A DNA stretch of 64,000 nucleotides. It comes from Eledone cirrhosa (taxonomy: Eukaryota). Each line of letters starts with the position of its first letter. Within the stretch, counting starts at the first letter, position 1. Positions 36,401 through 50,036 of this stretch are shown here, piece after piece. The DNA lies in assembly GCA_964016885.1 (NCBI GenBank), contig OZ024744.1:55242001-55306000 (forward strand). Direction: 5' to 3'. A program made the translations under genes and the position numbers. Below the pieces are notes generated by a model. That model was not told the DNA's origin. It worked only from the letters and a program-made list of their open reading frames with translations, and made no database searches.

Positions 36401-36989
36401 CGGAATCAGAGTTTTGTCCTCTTTTCTATTCATCAACACTTTTTATATTAATTAATCCACTATTAATATTAATAATTTTGATAAAGTTTAATTTAAGTCA
36501 GGAATACATACTGTCTAATGAATATTTCATAATGATTAAGCATCTTAATTTACAGGAGATTTTAAAACTAATACTATCTGCTTCAACCCACATATATAAC
36601 AACAATGACAAGGCCATTTCTCTGCTCCACGATCATATATCAATCCTAGTAGATATCTTTTACATATGATACTTATTTCATTAATCTCTATTTGTCAAAT
36701 CACAAAGTTATGGCAAATAAACAAACAGAACTGTCTGTTAAGCAGTGTCAGTGTAAATACAGACAGAATTATACACACATACTCACATTATATATATAGT
36801 CAATTAATTCCACTGAAAGACATTGGTAGGCCCAAGGCTACAGAAGATATTTACCCAAAGAGTCATGCAGTGAGATTGAACTCAAAACCACAAGATTACG
36901 AAGCTAACTTCTTAACCACACAGCCATGCCTGCACAGTTTGGACTTTTAAAAATTATAAGTTGCCAAATAGTGAAAAATTAATACTAAC

Positions 36990-37208
36990 CATAACAAAAC
37001 CCTTTGAGAAAACATTTGAGGACGGTTCTTGGGCCGCCCGATTGTCAGTAGCGGGAGCTGGTGAACGTCTAAAGTAGCTGCTCACTACATAAATGAAAAT
37101 CATTCTGATCAAAAAAGTCTTTGCAACACCCCACATATTAAACCTATTCCTTTGTTGCTGAGGCTGTTGCTCCTCTGTTTGCTCAACATTTTGATTTACT
37201 GGTTCAAC
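36990..37208 (-). CDS. CLPTM1: CLPTM1 coding exon 2 (VEPVNQ...QQPQQQRNRFNMWGVAKTFLIRMIFIYVVSSYFRRSPAP...SSNVFSKGFVM)
   Basis: T-rich acceptor TTTCAG, donor GTTAGT, 219 nt phase 0/0; resembles recalled human CLPTM1 WQVIKGVLFRIFIIWAISSWFRRGPAP...NLFPKDTLM. Confidence 0.93.
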
Positions 37209-38379
37209 CTGAAAGGATAAAAAAAAAAAAAAAAATTTAAATAGAAATTAGAAAAAGTTTTGAAAATAATTTGTTGCATTTTTCAGGTTATAAGGCATAC
37301 CCTTACAAAGAGGGAGGTTGAGCAATAGAGTGTGTGTTATGGTACGAAAGACAGAGAGAGCTAATGATAGATAGCAGTTGTGAAGTGAGATGGTGAGAGT
37401 AGTGAATGACAGCTAAGTCTGATAAGGGGAGATAATGATGATAGCCATTGGTGGAATGTGATGGTATATTGTATATGAAGAGTAGATGTCACAGTCTCAT
37501 TGAAAGAGAGAGTGACTGTTAGCAGTACCAAATATGAGGAGGTAGTCTATGCCTTCCTCCATCACACAGAAGTTGAATCAATGAGGTTGAGAGAGAAAAC
37601 AGAGTGACAATAATGGGTGGTGGTGTAAGTGCACTGTAGAGTGATAAGGTTAAGGAGAGAGATATAGTTAATGGGTGACTATATATTAACTAAAAAAAAA
37701 AAAAAAAATAATAGTTAATAAGTTTGATAAATCTGTACAAATTATAAATATGGTTAGAAGCTATACTGGTATAAGTCTTATGTTTTAGACACTTGTAAAA
37801 AATTAACTCTTAATATATTTATAGCACTTTCTCTATAGACTTCTAACATTGTCACAAGCTGGAAAATACTACAATGTTATCTATGTTTTACTGTAAGACG
37901 TCATGGTTTCTTAGGTGTCTTAAGAACAGGAGCCTTAGTTCTCAGTATCATGTTCAAGAACATGTGTTGCTTGGTCCAGGAATCCAACCCATTAGTTTAT
38001 GATTGTGAGTGCAATGCCCTAATCGCTAAGTCTTGACTTCATATATGCAAGAACCAGATATTAATTCAAAATGTCTTAGCAACACTAATCCACATTTTCA
38101 GGTGTCCACATCACTATTTACACCATCCTTGGTGGTGGGGTGGGTGATAGAGTGTGACCAAAACAACAAAGGTACCTTTTGTGCAGGAATTGCTAAAAGG
38201 ATTCAATCCAGCAAAAGCAAAAGTAGTCAAATACTTCCAGTTTGTGTAAGTCTGCTGTATTTACTGCCCATAACTTACCGCAGTCATACAGAAGGATGGT
38301 GTTAATGAGTGCTTGACAGATGTCAAGTTTTGTGACTAGATGTATCTCAACATGTAGATGTATCTCAACATGTAGGTCA

Positions 38380-38920
38380 ACATTAGATCTGCTGTTTTGT
38401 ACTTTTTAAGAATATCTAGATAAGGTGGTTTCATCTATCTCATCTTTATCTTGATCTGCAAAAGTGAGGAGAATACCAAGATACCTGAACTGAACAATCT
38501 TTTCCAGAATATTTTTGTTGAGTAGGGGAAGAGATGTCAGCAGATACTATTTTTGTCTTGGTTGCATTGATTTTCATGCCAAAATATGATGCAAATACAC
38601 CAAACACGTTAAACAGTTGATTGAACATCAGTGAAGACATCACCAATTATTATGACACCTTTAGCATAGTCAAGGATAGGGACACTGAGCTCTAATCCTA
38701 CACTTTAATGCACACTCAGTGATGCAGTTGATGAGTAAGGGAGATAAAAAGCAGCCCTATCAGACAAGAGTAATTTCAAAGGAATCAGGTTCCTTGCAAT
38801 AAGTTTTAAGATTTAGCAGTTACATAGGTAAGCCATCTTCAATTGTGATGTCCTGAGTGCACTGTTATCAAAAGAAGTGAAAAAGGTTGCTGCAAAGTCC
38901 ACAAAGCCAGTGGATTTCAT
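38380..38920 (-). mobile_element. Ancient LINE RT remnant
   Basis: GMKINATKTKI and FKYLG-like segments; highly degenerate. Confidence 0.45.
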
Positions 38921-40865
38921 AGTAACAGGAACAGTACTTTTTCACACATTTACATCCATCCAACTATTTAAATTACTCTCTAATTTGTTAAAAAAAAAAA
39001 CAACAAAAAATCCCTAATGCAGGTGAAAACATTATAGTTTAACACAACACAATAACACTTTTCAGCAGTGAACAACTCTTTAATATCAGGTTGAATTTTT
39101 GTTTACTAAACTACTGTAACTTTTTCTCCAAACTATTTTTTCAGAAACTATCTTACACCTTCAAAATAAGTAAATTTTTGTGATATTTTCTAAAATGAAA
39201 GAAATTATTAAAATTTTGTCTAAATATTTCACTGACTTTTTAAAATATTAAAATATTAACTATTAGCATTCTGTAATTCAGAAAATATCTAAAATCAGGT
39301 TTGTTAGTTTAAAAGTGTATTGTATCTTTACTAATTGACAATATTAAGGTAAAGACATTAACTTTTAATGTAATGCAGCTATAGTGTTTTGTATTTTTTA
39401 AGAATATCTAGATAAGGTAGTTTCATATAGTGCATGTTTTACATTAAAGCTTTCAGTTGTCTTTTTCAACAACTAACAATATAATCTAAAATTGGTTTTC
39501 TTCTGTGACAAAAAGTAGAGAAGACTCTTCAGTTGTGTCAAAGATATGACATCCTTAGGGCACAGTGTACCATATTGTTTGAGATCAGTGGCTCTGATTG
39601 AGTACTGACTTGGTCTGTGATGATCTGCCCATTACTTGTTAACAGAGAAAATGGACGTTAAACGATGAAGTTAGTGTTGGTACCACAATAGAATGCACCT
39701 AGTACACTCTGCAAGTAATAAAGCTGGTGCCACAATAAAATGCACCCAATCTTCTCTTCAAAGTGGCAGTGCTGGTGTCACAATAAAATGTATCACTAAA
39801 GTGGTTGGTGCTAGGAAGAGCACCCAGCCATAGAAACCATGTCAAAATGGAATGCAAGAACAAGATATGGTCATCTGTTATAAGCACTAGAACAACGATC
39901 ATAAATTTGTGAGTTCCATTCCTGGATCAGGGGGTATTTTGTGTCCTTGAGCAAGATACTTCATTTCACACTGCCCCACTAACTCAGATGTTGAAAAAAT
40001 GAGTACCAGCATCAGCTGAGGGCCAACATCTACAACAGACCAGGATTCTTATTAAAATATCCAAGAAACCTTCCTATCAGATGCAACCATATAGGAGGCC
40101 AGCTAAACCTACATAGGTGAGCTGTTACAACAATACATGCAACTTTCCAGGTTGATAGAAACAAAAAACTAATGGAGATTGTTTTAGCAACCTTTGCTTC
40201 TATGAAACAAAACCACCAGTTTTAAATGGTTCCTATTTAAATTTAAATTTTCCAACATTATCTATCTAATCACTTATCTGTTTGTCTGTCTATATTTACC
40301 TACCTACATCTCTGCCTATTTAACCATCAATCTATAGCTATATATTTATGTATATTTACCAAGGAGATTTGTTTTGTTTGTAAATTTAAAACATTATAGA
40401 AATGAATCATGACAACTAACTTTCAGGTAATTACAATTATGATAAAAATGGCAATACACATGGCAATAAGGAAACAAACAAAAAAGGCAAAGTAAAATGT
40501 AAGAAAAAAGGAATCAAGCAACAAAAGAGAGGGAGGGAGCGACAGATTCTAAACCCCTGAGCGCTATTTTTGGATAACAACAAATAAAGCACAAATCCCA
40601 ATAGCTTATCATAGTTTCCATGGCACGTAGCAACCGAGAGTACAAGACCCACCTTTGGATAGAACACCAGTCCACAGAAGGGTTAAACCCCCAGCTATTA
40701 CTGGTACTCATTTTTAGATGAGTGTAATGGAGTAATGTGAAATGAAGTGTTTTGTTCAAGAACACAACACACAACTTAGTCCAGGAATTAAACCCACAAC
40801 ATTATGATCATAATTTCAACACGCTTACCATTAGGCTATGCACCTCCACATTATTGCAAAACCTC

Positions 40866-41050
40866 GGGCGGTGGATTGGCAGTATCGGTGGAGGGTCGGA
40901 CGCCATGCTTTCCAGCATAGTTACGTCCCTTTACGATCTGAGTTCAAATCCCGCCGAGGTTGACTTTGCCTTTCATCCTTACGGGGTCGATAAAATAAAG
41001 TACCAGTAACGCACTGGGTAATTGCTGGCCTTGTGCCTAAAGTAGAAACA
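40866..41050 (+). mobile_element. Full-length young tRNA-derived SINE with 16-bp TSD
   Basis: B-box GAGTTCAAATCC; TSD ATTATTGCAAAACCTC at 40850-40865 and 41051-41066. Confidence 0.92.
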
Positions 41051-42109
41051 ATTATTGCAAAACCTCACCCCACAAAAAACATTAGATAATGTAGTTCAAA
41101 GTACACTATTCCTCAATTGGATAGTCATGACTTGAATGCCATTTGATCATAGGTCTGCTCTGTCAGGTTAAGCAACAAATACTGATCATGAATGAGCCAA
41201 TCTAAGGACCTTAACACTTTCATTGCCATATTTTTAATATAAAACATTGCCTATGACCTTCAAATAATTTTGAAAATAAACAAGATGGTAGGATTTAATT
41301 TTCTCATTAAGTTGGTATTTGGAGTATAACAAAGGTTCTTAGAACTTTAATGGAAAGTTTTTAGATAAATACTTTAAAACAAACATTTTAGTATAATAGA
41401 ACTAGAGACAGTTTCAAGTTGTTTGGTATCAAAAGGATTAGGTTTGTTGTAATTCGTCAGTTTGATCTCACTATATATATATAAATAGTTATTACGAAAT
41501 TGGAGGAAAGCTTTTATAGTAGAGAAGGTGGATAAAGTTTAAAGTCCATTATTCATGTACTAGTGTATTCGTAGCATCAAGAATGATAACAGTTTTATCA
41601 ATTACAAGGAAAAAACGAAACAAAACATTTTCTTAATTTAAAAAATATTTTCTGTAACATATACTAGCAGAACAGATAGACACTATAAACCCCTGGACTG
41701 CAGAGTCACATTACATTTAAAAGTGGAAACCATCTCTGAACTGGTGTGAATTAGATGCATGGCGACACATAGCTCTTTTTTGAATGGTGAGTTCTTGATT
41801 TATTGAACGATTTTAAATCTGAAAGCACTAACAAACAGCAACCCCACTTAGCAACAAGGTTCTCAGTCTACAGTTACATGCCAGTACATTCTATTTACTT
41901 TTATAACTTAGATATATCATACAGGATGGTGCATGACAAAGTGGCCTGGGTTCCATACCATTGTGTAAATACAGAAATACATTTTACACATGAATAAGCA
42001 GCCAGCCTTTCATTTGCAAGTGTCATTGTTTTATTTTGAGCGCTTGTAACTGCTGAACAAAGACGACACAACTGTTTGCTACGTTATCCTTATCACATTA
42101 GTTGATTGT

Positions 42110-42431
42110 AAGATTGCATTGAGTGACCATCTCAACACTTTTCTGCAAGATGACATACTCAATAAAAGACTGACTGGAGATTGTGGAAGTGTATGTGAGA
42201 ATGGGTTAAGTAAACGCGTGAAATATTTGAAGTCAAGTTTCTGGGTAAAGGCTTACTGGCAAAGAAAATGAACGATACAAATGTTGGTTTAGAAGTGGTC
42301 AAAACAAAGAGACTCTACAGTTCAAATGCCGTAAATTATTCAGGACATTTGTGAAAAGATTACTAGAGGTCCAAAGAAGTCAACACAACACTATGGAATC
42401 TGGGGTACTTTTTTGTGCGCTACCCTGTATA
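42110..42431 (+). mobile_element. Possible Tc1/mariner remnant
   Basis: Degenerate MTYSIKD..EIVEVY.ENG N-terminus and a right end ACCCTGTATA matching the CAGGGT terminus of the MITE at 51682. Confidence 0.35.
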
Positions 42432-43397
42432 ACTGCAACTCTTTCCTCCTCCTATGACCTCTTAATGTGAAGAAGTAGCAACTTTAACTGGAACAATCCT
42501 CTGAGCTATGGTCCCTATCAAAAGTAATGTTGCTCCAGATACCTTTGGAGGAACCTCATTTCGGTCGTTTGTATTCATGATCATATTCTTTCAGTTAGAA
42601 CCAAAGATTCATGACTATAAGTAAGGGTTAGTATGTATCGAATTGAAGCTACTCTGTTTGGCTTTGACACCTACCTCCCTTCTGATAACTGCATGTTGAA
42701 GCTGGTGCATACAGGCAAAGCCAGCAGGCAGGAGACCCAGAGGTAGAATATGAGGAAGATTGTTGGATAACATTCATAAGCTTGGATGGTCTTGCTTGGG
42801 GATTCAGCCAGATCATTACAAAATAGTTGCTTCTGATAAGACTCTCTGGAAAGCGTGTCTGAGGACTCTGCCCACACTACAGTCTGAGGAATAAGTGGCT
42901 GAAGTGAAAGATATTATATACCTCTCTATCTACCTATCTTTCTGTCTGTCTATCTATGCCTATCTGTTTAAATATCTATACTGTTCAACACTAAAACACA
43001 AATAAACAATAACATGCATACTATCTTAAGTTAACATATTACATTTTTGTTTCATGCATTGATTTTCTTATATAGAGGTTTAGTGGGTAGGGCATTGGAC
43101 CTGTGATCATAAGGTTTCATCCCCTAACCAAGCAGTCCATTGTTTTTTTTTAGCAAGTCAATTAATTTCACAATGCTTTTCGTGATAGGACTGAGGCCCC
43201 TTATTATTAAACAGCTGAGAAACTTATGAGATATAGCTTCGTAAGGAGGCCAGCTAAACCTGCTGAGGCATGACCTGTAAATTTTATCTTATTTCTACTG
43301 TATATAGATGAATAGCCACAATGAAAAAGTTCTAATACATGTTTTTACAAGAATGAGTGGAATAAATAAAAATTGTGAAAACCCTGTTCAAGCCCCA

Positions 43398-43583
43398 TTT
43401 GGCAGTGTCGGTAGAGGGTCGGACGCCATGCTTTCCAGCATAGTTACGTCCCTTTATGATCTGAGTTCAAATCCCGCCGAGGTTGACTTTGCCTTTCATC
43501 CTTACGGGGTCGATAAAATAAAGTACCAGTAATACACTGGGTAATTGCTGGCCTTGTGCCTAAAGCAGAAACAATTATTAATA
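43398..43583 (+). mobile_element. tRNA-derived SINE, near-identical to 40866-41050
   Basis: Only a few substitutions across about 175 bp. Confidence 0.9.
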
Positions 43584-44339
43584 AATAGCTATGTCTCTCT
43601 GAACTCGACACATTATTGGCATAACTTTCTTTACTCAAACTTTTAACCTTGTGATATATATGAAATTAAATATTAAATTCTTTTATTTTTGAAAATTTGT
43701 TAGGAAATATCTTGTATAACATGATATTGTACTGTCTGCTCTCTTCATTTAATCCTATCATATCTCTTACTTTGACTAGTCAGAACTCTTTCTGCAACTC
43801 ACTCTCAATTTAATTCTCCTAACACCAGCCACTGTCATTTGACAGCCTCCTACCACCCCCAATATATTGTTTGTGCGTGTGCGCGTGTGTAGTATGACAG
43901 CAAATAAAACCTCATTTCAAAATTTTGATTCAAGTATTTTTACATGCAATAATTGAGTAAACTCACCCAAAAGTTATTTTATAAAATTCCCTCACCTCAA
44001 ATACTTGATTATTTTGAAAATTATTTGAAAACCAGTCTTTCAATAGAAATATAACAAAAGGGTTAAGAATTAGTCTAGATACTTTGATGCCGCCTTTTTC
44101 ACTGACTGTAACAGAATGAATACTTCACATAAACCAATATTATTGCACCAATTAAATCTAAATAATCAAAAACAAATTTCCCTTTACCATATAATAATCT
44201 ATAAGCCAAATGTAGGAAAACCATATACACATTTTGAAGCCTTTTAAGGTTTTACTTCCTTTATATAAGCCAGTGCTTTGTCCACCAATTGCTAATTATG
44301 CAGGCATATCTGTCTAGTAAAAATAATTATATTTTGATT

Positions 44340-44538
44340 ACTATTAGCATTTAGACCAACCGTGTCTAGCCAGAATTCTCTCACCTCTTTCTGTTCAAAC
44401 TGGCCACTCATACTTATGTTAAGGTATTGTTCTCAAAATAAATAATATCAAAGTCTCATAGATTCGATATTATGTGAGATAAAGCCTTTACCGAGAAAAT
44501 ATAATAGTAAATATAGAGTAATGTAAATGCTAAAGGGT
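44340..44538. mobile_element. Second copy of the piggyBac-type MITE
   Basis: GCCAGAATTCTCTCACCTCTTTCTG...ATGTAAATGCTAAAGGG shared with 3179-3384. Confidence 0.8.
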
Positions 44539-46289
44539 AAAAAAAAAAAAGCTGATCATCAGATCAGACCAAGGAAACTATCTACTGGCAGCAACTCTTG
44601 GCAGAAAGAAGCAGGACTTGAACTCAGAATTGAATTTTATAGCATTAAGCATCCTGTCTGACTCTTTAATAATTCAGCCAATCCACCATATCTGGACTGG
44701 TACTTTATCAGCTGTGAAAAGATGAAAGGCAAAGTTGGCATTGGTGGGGATTTGAACTCTAGAGTGCAGAGAGCTAGAGCAAATACCAAAGCATTTAATC
44801 AGATATTCTAATGATTGTCATCACCACCCTCATTATAACCTCGTACTAACAATAATATTAACTTTTCTCTTTCTCTAAAGAAAAAAGAAGTTTAACATAT
44901 CTGATTCCCATTCTATCTCCAGTATATCATGTTAAACCCATTCTAGATCTTGTGGCTATAAATGTAGTCGCACAAAAGACTGAGAAGTTGACCAACTGAA
45001 TATTTTATCCGACTTCAAACGGGATGTCTGAACAAAAACAAATATATCTACAACCTACACAAATGATCTTTGCATACTTCTTGAATGCAACTAATAGATA
45101 TATCCAACAGACACTCATAAACGACAATGGAGGTAACTTTAAACAAGAACCATATCAATATATCATTTGATCCAGAAGATGTTCATGGAGGAGGTTCTGG
45201 GGATTGAATGGCATTGCTAATGAAGAGGGGTCTGTAGCGGAAACTAAGACAAAAATTAATCTATCCAAAAATCAAATTTCTTCTCCATAATACAAATTGT
45301 CGCAGAAAATCATCTAGGAAACCGGTCGTCAGATCAGACTAAGGATACAGTGTTTTCACTGGTCTTTCCATCGCTGATAACTATCTGCCAATTGCAACTC
45401 CAACTAAAGTATTATGCGGGAGAACACACGACTAATACGATCGTGAGCCAAACCCCCTAACTACTAGGCCATGTTGCCTTCACGTGAAGTCATCTAATTA
45501 TAAATTATATTTTCTTTTGGAAATTCCTATATTTGCACGGATAGTTTAGAATCTCCAGTTTTAATCACGTTAAACATGAAATAAGTGGGTGTGTTGTTAA
45601 CCTAACCGGACTGAGACAACTAGAGTGATCTACCTTGACTATAGAGTGTGATATATTAACATGCTTATGACTTCACACTTCGCACAAATCCAGGTGTGTG
45701 TGTTATAGCAAAGAATCTATCCCGATAAAGATATACTGATGATAACATCAACATCTAGAATAAATAACTTAAATCGTTTCTTTTGTTTTATTATTCTAAT
45801 TATGAAACACGAAATAATAGTTTGACAATTATCTACAAACATTTTCATAATCGTTTTGTACATATGAGATTTTAATTAAAGAATAGTATCTTTGCTTAAA
45901 AATATCTCAGTAATTAAAATTGAAATTAAGTTTTGAATTACAATCAATGAATTTTCTTGGTTTAGATCTCTTTTCTATCGACACCGGGTTTGATTTTAAA
46001 AGAGATTAAGAAACTGTTAGAAATAGAGGAAGGATAACGGCGAAGAGTATAGATTTAAAAGAGAATTTACATTTCTAAAGAAATGAATGCGTTAACATTA
46101 CGTACAATAATGACTAAAGAAATTGTTGTAATAACAGCAACCCGCAAGAATACGACTAGATTCCCTTTAAAACATACGTAAGAAGTTAAGCGTTGAAATG
46201 AGATTTCATATTTTACGTCCGTTATTTCATTGTATCTCTACGGATAGATTTTAACTAGCAATACACATTCAAAAGGAGGAAACAGGATG

Positions 46290-46333
<44 letters not shown>

Positions 46334-47991
46334 TTTCCTCAGTCCATACACATTTCCGATGAAAAATCAAAACCAACTAGAAGATAACGTGACTATGAAG
46401 ACTACGTAAAAATGTGAAAGTTAGATTAAGTATTGTTAGATATGAAGTGTAACTTTCAAACTAAACCGGCAATTAAAAATAAAGTCAATTACACCCAACA
46501 AGATAAAAACGTGTACTGCATGTAATTTATAAATAACAAATACTACTAAACACAATTTTTACACTTCAGAATCTGATTTTGAGTTTTTCTCCGTTGATAA
46601 AAAGAAATTGATAAGGCACGTTTGTTCATAAATATTTAAAAAAATAAAAAGGGAGGTGGGGCCATATACTTAGTAGCAAGATATCGGTTTTGTTTTAATG
46701 ATTTACAAGTCACTGCAAAATCATGACTGTGCAATAATATTGTAAACATTTCTTTCAGAGGAAATTATCAAAAAGATGTCTTCACATGTGACACAACTTA
46801 AGCTACCATTTTAAAATAGCCCATATTATAAGGTCATATAAACTAATGTAATGGTATTTAATTAAGTAAAATTAATGTAATATATATTTCAGTTTAAGCA
46901 AAGATGAATTTAGAAGCTTAATCTACAAAAAATTTAACTTATCGACACAGAAAATTTTGTACTATTTTGTAATCTTAACGGATCAATAGATTATATAAAG
47001 AAAAAAAAAGGGGTTTTTTAGATAATATTAGAAAGTATCTTTGATTGATAATTAAAAAAATAAAATTATTAGATATACATATGAAGGTTAATAAAAAATA
47101 AATAGGTGTGGGGATAAATAATTCTATTTTTAAAAGCTTACAATTATAGAAAAACGAGAAATTATAGTAATGTTGCTCCCCCCCCCTTAACAGTAATATA
47201 ACATTTAAATAGTTTTTTATGCATATCGTTTCAGTAAAAACGAAAACCCCAACAGATATTGAAAGCAGCAGCGCAAATTATAAATTGCAACGCCAAAATT
47301 AAAACTGAAAATACATTGTCAAGAAACCGATGTCAAAATAGCGACTTTAGCGGCGATAATAAAAAGACAAAATAAAATAAAAAAAAAAGGGATTATCACC
47401 GTTAAGTATAAAATATATATATAATGAACTACGGTTTTTGGGGCCACTACTCGAATTTCAGATAGTTGTTTAAGTGTACAAAATCTCAGTTTAAAGAAAT
47501 ATATGAATAAAGCTAATACATTGAGATATAGGCGTTATAAACAGAAATGTGTGCATGTATAGGTTGCACAATGTTTATACAGATGATGGACATATATAGA
47601 AAAGGTAAGGGTGAAATAGAAGAGAAAGATGTCATGGGAAGACCCCCCCCCCCCAAGCTAGGTAACCTCAGTGAAATCTAATGAGATGGTGGCTCGTTTA
47701 AGGATAGTCTTTTGTTAATTGAAATCTGTTATTTGATACCTCAATGAATAAAAATAACACGAATTAATTACATCATAAATTTTTCAAAATAAAATCCGAT
47801 ACAATAAAAAATATAGAGGCATGCGTAAAAAAATATCGTTGATTTTTTCCCTTTTTTCCTACGATAATAGCTTCCTCGCATAACGAAATGTTCATATACG
47901 TAAAACATTTGTATCATTTGTATCGTTGAATATCCTCAATAACAATAAGTGTTCGATGAGGCAGTTTACCGAATAAAGTGTTGCAGTTTAC

Positions 47992-48084
47992 CTTGTTTTC
48001 CTGATTTTCTGTAGTAGCTACAGCTGTTTCATTGCTCTCTAAACGTTGTTCGCTAGACTCAGCACTCATGGTATTGCTAGACAT
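47992..48084 (-). CDS. CLPTM1: CLPTM1 coding exon 1 (MSSNTMSAESSEQRLESNETAVATTENQENK)
   Basis: ATG at 48084, 31 codons, phase-0 donor AAG|GTAAAC; joins in frame to the exon at 37208. The N-terminus is low-complexity, so the assignment rests on position, phase and promoter context. Confidence 0.75.
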
Positions 48085-48369
48085 TATTACAGCTAGAGAT
48101 GTGTACTCAAGACTGAAAATGATCTCTAGCGAAAATGCCCGTGTCACACATACTGTCTTATACTTCACCACTACAAAGTACAACACACTTCACCGTTTAT
48201 TCAGATACCGTTACAGGTGATTCTGAAGCGAGAAATAAATTCGGAAAATACGTAAGATATTTGAATTTGGTATTAAAAAAACTGAAATTGCTAAAAAAAA
48301 AAACCCATTGAATAATAATACGCAACTTTCCCAGAGCTCTACATGCAACGTGACAAGTCGAATATCAAG
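48085..48369. promoter_or_regulatory. Putative bidirectional promoter / 5' UTRs of CLPTM1 and MEN1
   Basis: 285 bp between divergent ATGs; TE-free, CpG-containing; AAGATGGCG (YY1-type motif) overlaps the MEN1 ATG. Confidence 0.7.
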
Positions 48370-48784
48370 ATGGCGGGCCTTCGGGATTGCGTCGCACGTT
48401 ACTTCCCTTTTCAAAATATCCAATCTGTCGTAAAATTGTTTCAAGATCAGTTAAACAAACCCGAAGATCCAGATTTAGCCCTCCTCTCTATTGTACTTGG
48501 TGCAATTGAGAATGTTTTGACCGTCAATCGCACTGTCCCGACTGAAGTTGATTGTTCGAAAAGTCTGGAGCCAATTTTTCCAGCGATCGAATTTTCAACA
48601 ATTGAGGCTCTTTACAATAAGTTTGTCACAATCGTGAAAAGTACCGTTGATTTAACAGACTATAAGTCAGAATATGCTTCTCGCGAACTGGTCAAGAAAG
48701 TATCAGATGTGATTTGGAGCTCCCTCACTCGCAGTAATTACAAAGATAAGGCTCACCTACAATCACTTTATAGCTTTTTGACAG
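48370..48784 (+). CDS. MEN1: Menin first coding exon (MAGLRDCVARYFPFQNIQSVVKLF...SRELVKKVSDVIWSSLTRSNYKDKAHLQSLYSFLTG)
   Basis: Menin motifs PDLALLSIVLG, SRELVKKVSDVIW.SL.RS.YKD.AH.QSL.SF.TG; donor G|GTAAGT phase 1 after SFLT. An in-frame upstream ATG exists at 48343. Confidence 0.96.
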
Positions 48785-50036
48785 GTAAGTCGATTCTTTC
48801 ATTAAGGAAATGACAACTGAATGTGCACCAATATACCTGTAAATCAACACACGTAAATATATAAAAACACACTATAGTCATTTGTTGCATGTGCAAACAG
48901 GTCTTTTACATACATTGATTATAGTTGTCATTAATCAACGATGATTCTGGCTTTATTTTTATGTTATCAGCTATACTCAACCACTTTTATTTTGATTATA
49001 ATATAAAGGCATTTTGTCAAATCAAAAGAAAAACAGTTAATTTCAATGTATTCTAAAATTATAGCTTTTACACGTTGTTTTATTGACCTGGTCAGGTTGG
49101 CGCGTTTGACACAACGGCCGTTTTCGCATTAAATTCACCTATGCTGACATCTAACAACGATTTCACATAATTTTAAAATAGTTTCTGAAAAATAAAATCT
49201 AAAAAACATCTGCTGTCAATCGAGATTTAATAAGTTTATTATCAAATATCAACTGCGTAAAACGCGCCAGTTGTCATCCGCACTATTACAACAATTTGTT
49301 ATCATTCAGGATGTTTGCTTTCCCGGGTTTTTTTTTTGCCTTTCTATTTCAAGATAATTTCATTTCATTTTTGTTTTCCCATCGCATAAAAGATGTTAAT
49401 TGTTATTTAAATTAAATTATAAATTGAATTTTCCCGAAAACAATCGATATATTTACATTTTTTTCGTTTGAATGAAAAGATCTAAGATTCTGCGTATGGT
49501 CTATTTTAAGATAGCGGAAGTAGTCATAGCTATAACTAGGTAGCTATTCGGTTGGTGTCTAAGGAACTATCAGTAGATGCAACATACATTTCATACTACT
49601 TTCTATTTATTAATTTTCAATTAATTTTTAATCATTGCGACTCTATTTCATTGTCGATATATTTATTGACATTATTTTTCTTATTCATCTTAATTACGGC
49701 ATTGTTAATCTTATTAGTTATGTAACATCCCCCTGTATAACGTTATAGATAATGCGCAATAAGCGACAGTAAAAAGTTGTTTTGTTTATAGTTTGACGCA
49801 AGAGTTAAGTTAAAAGTGCAAGAAAAGCTTGGAAAAGTTTGTGTGTTTTTCTAGAATAGAATTTAAACTTTTATTACCTCGATATTGTATTGTATATTTT
49901 TCTCTCACTTTCATTCATTATGTTTTGTAATTTTTAATGTTAGATTTTTTAATTAATGAAAATTTAATTTACCTACACACACACACATATATATATATAT
50001 TACTTCAAAATATTAATAAATATAGACATTCATGTG

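Noticed and set aside
45318-45335. GAAA-CCGG-TC, a palindromic helix III signature of minimal hammerheads
   Set aside because: No CUGANGA or helix I partner upstream.
45415-45484. tRNA gene on the minus strand
   Set aside because: Only a degenerate tRNA-like SINE head similar to 8900-8978; no cloverleaf or intact B-box.
47914-48444. ORFs 47914-48186, 48032-48220 and 48211-48444 as separate genes
   Set aside because: The first is CLPTM1 exon 1 with UTR and intron read-through; the others are antisense overlaps with no recognisable homology.
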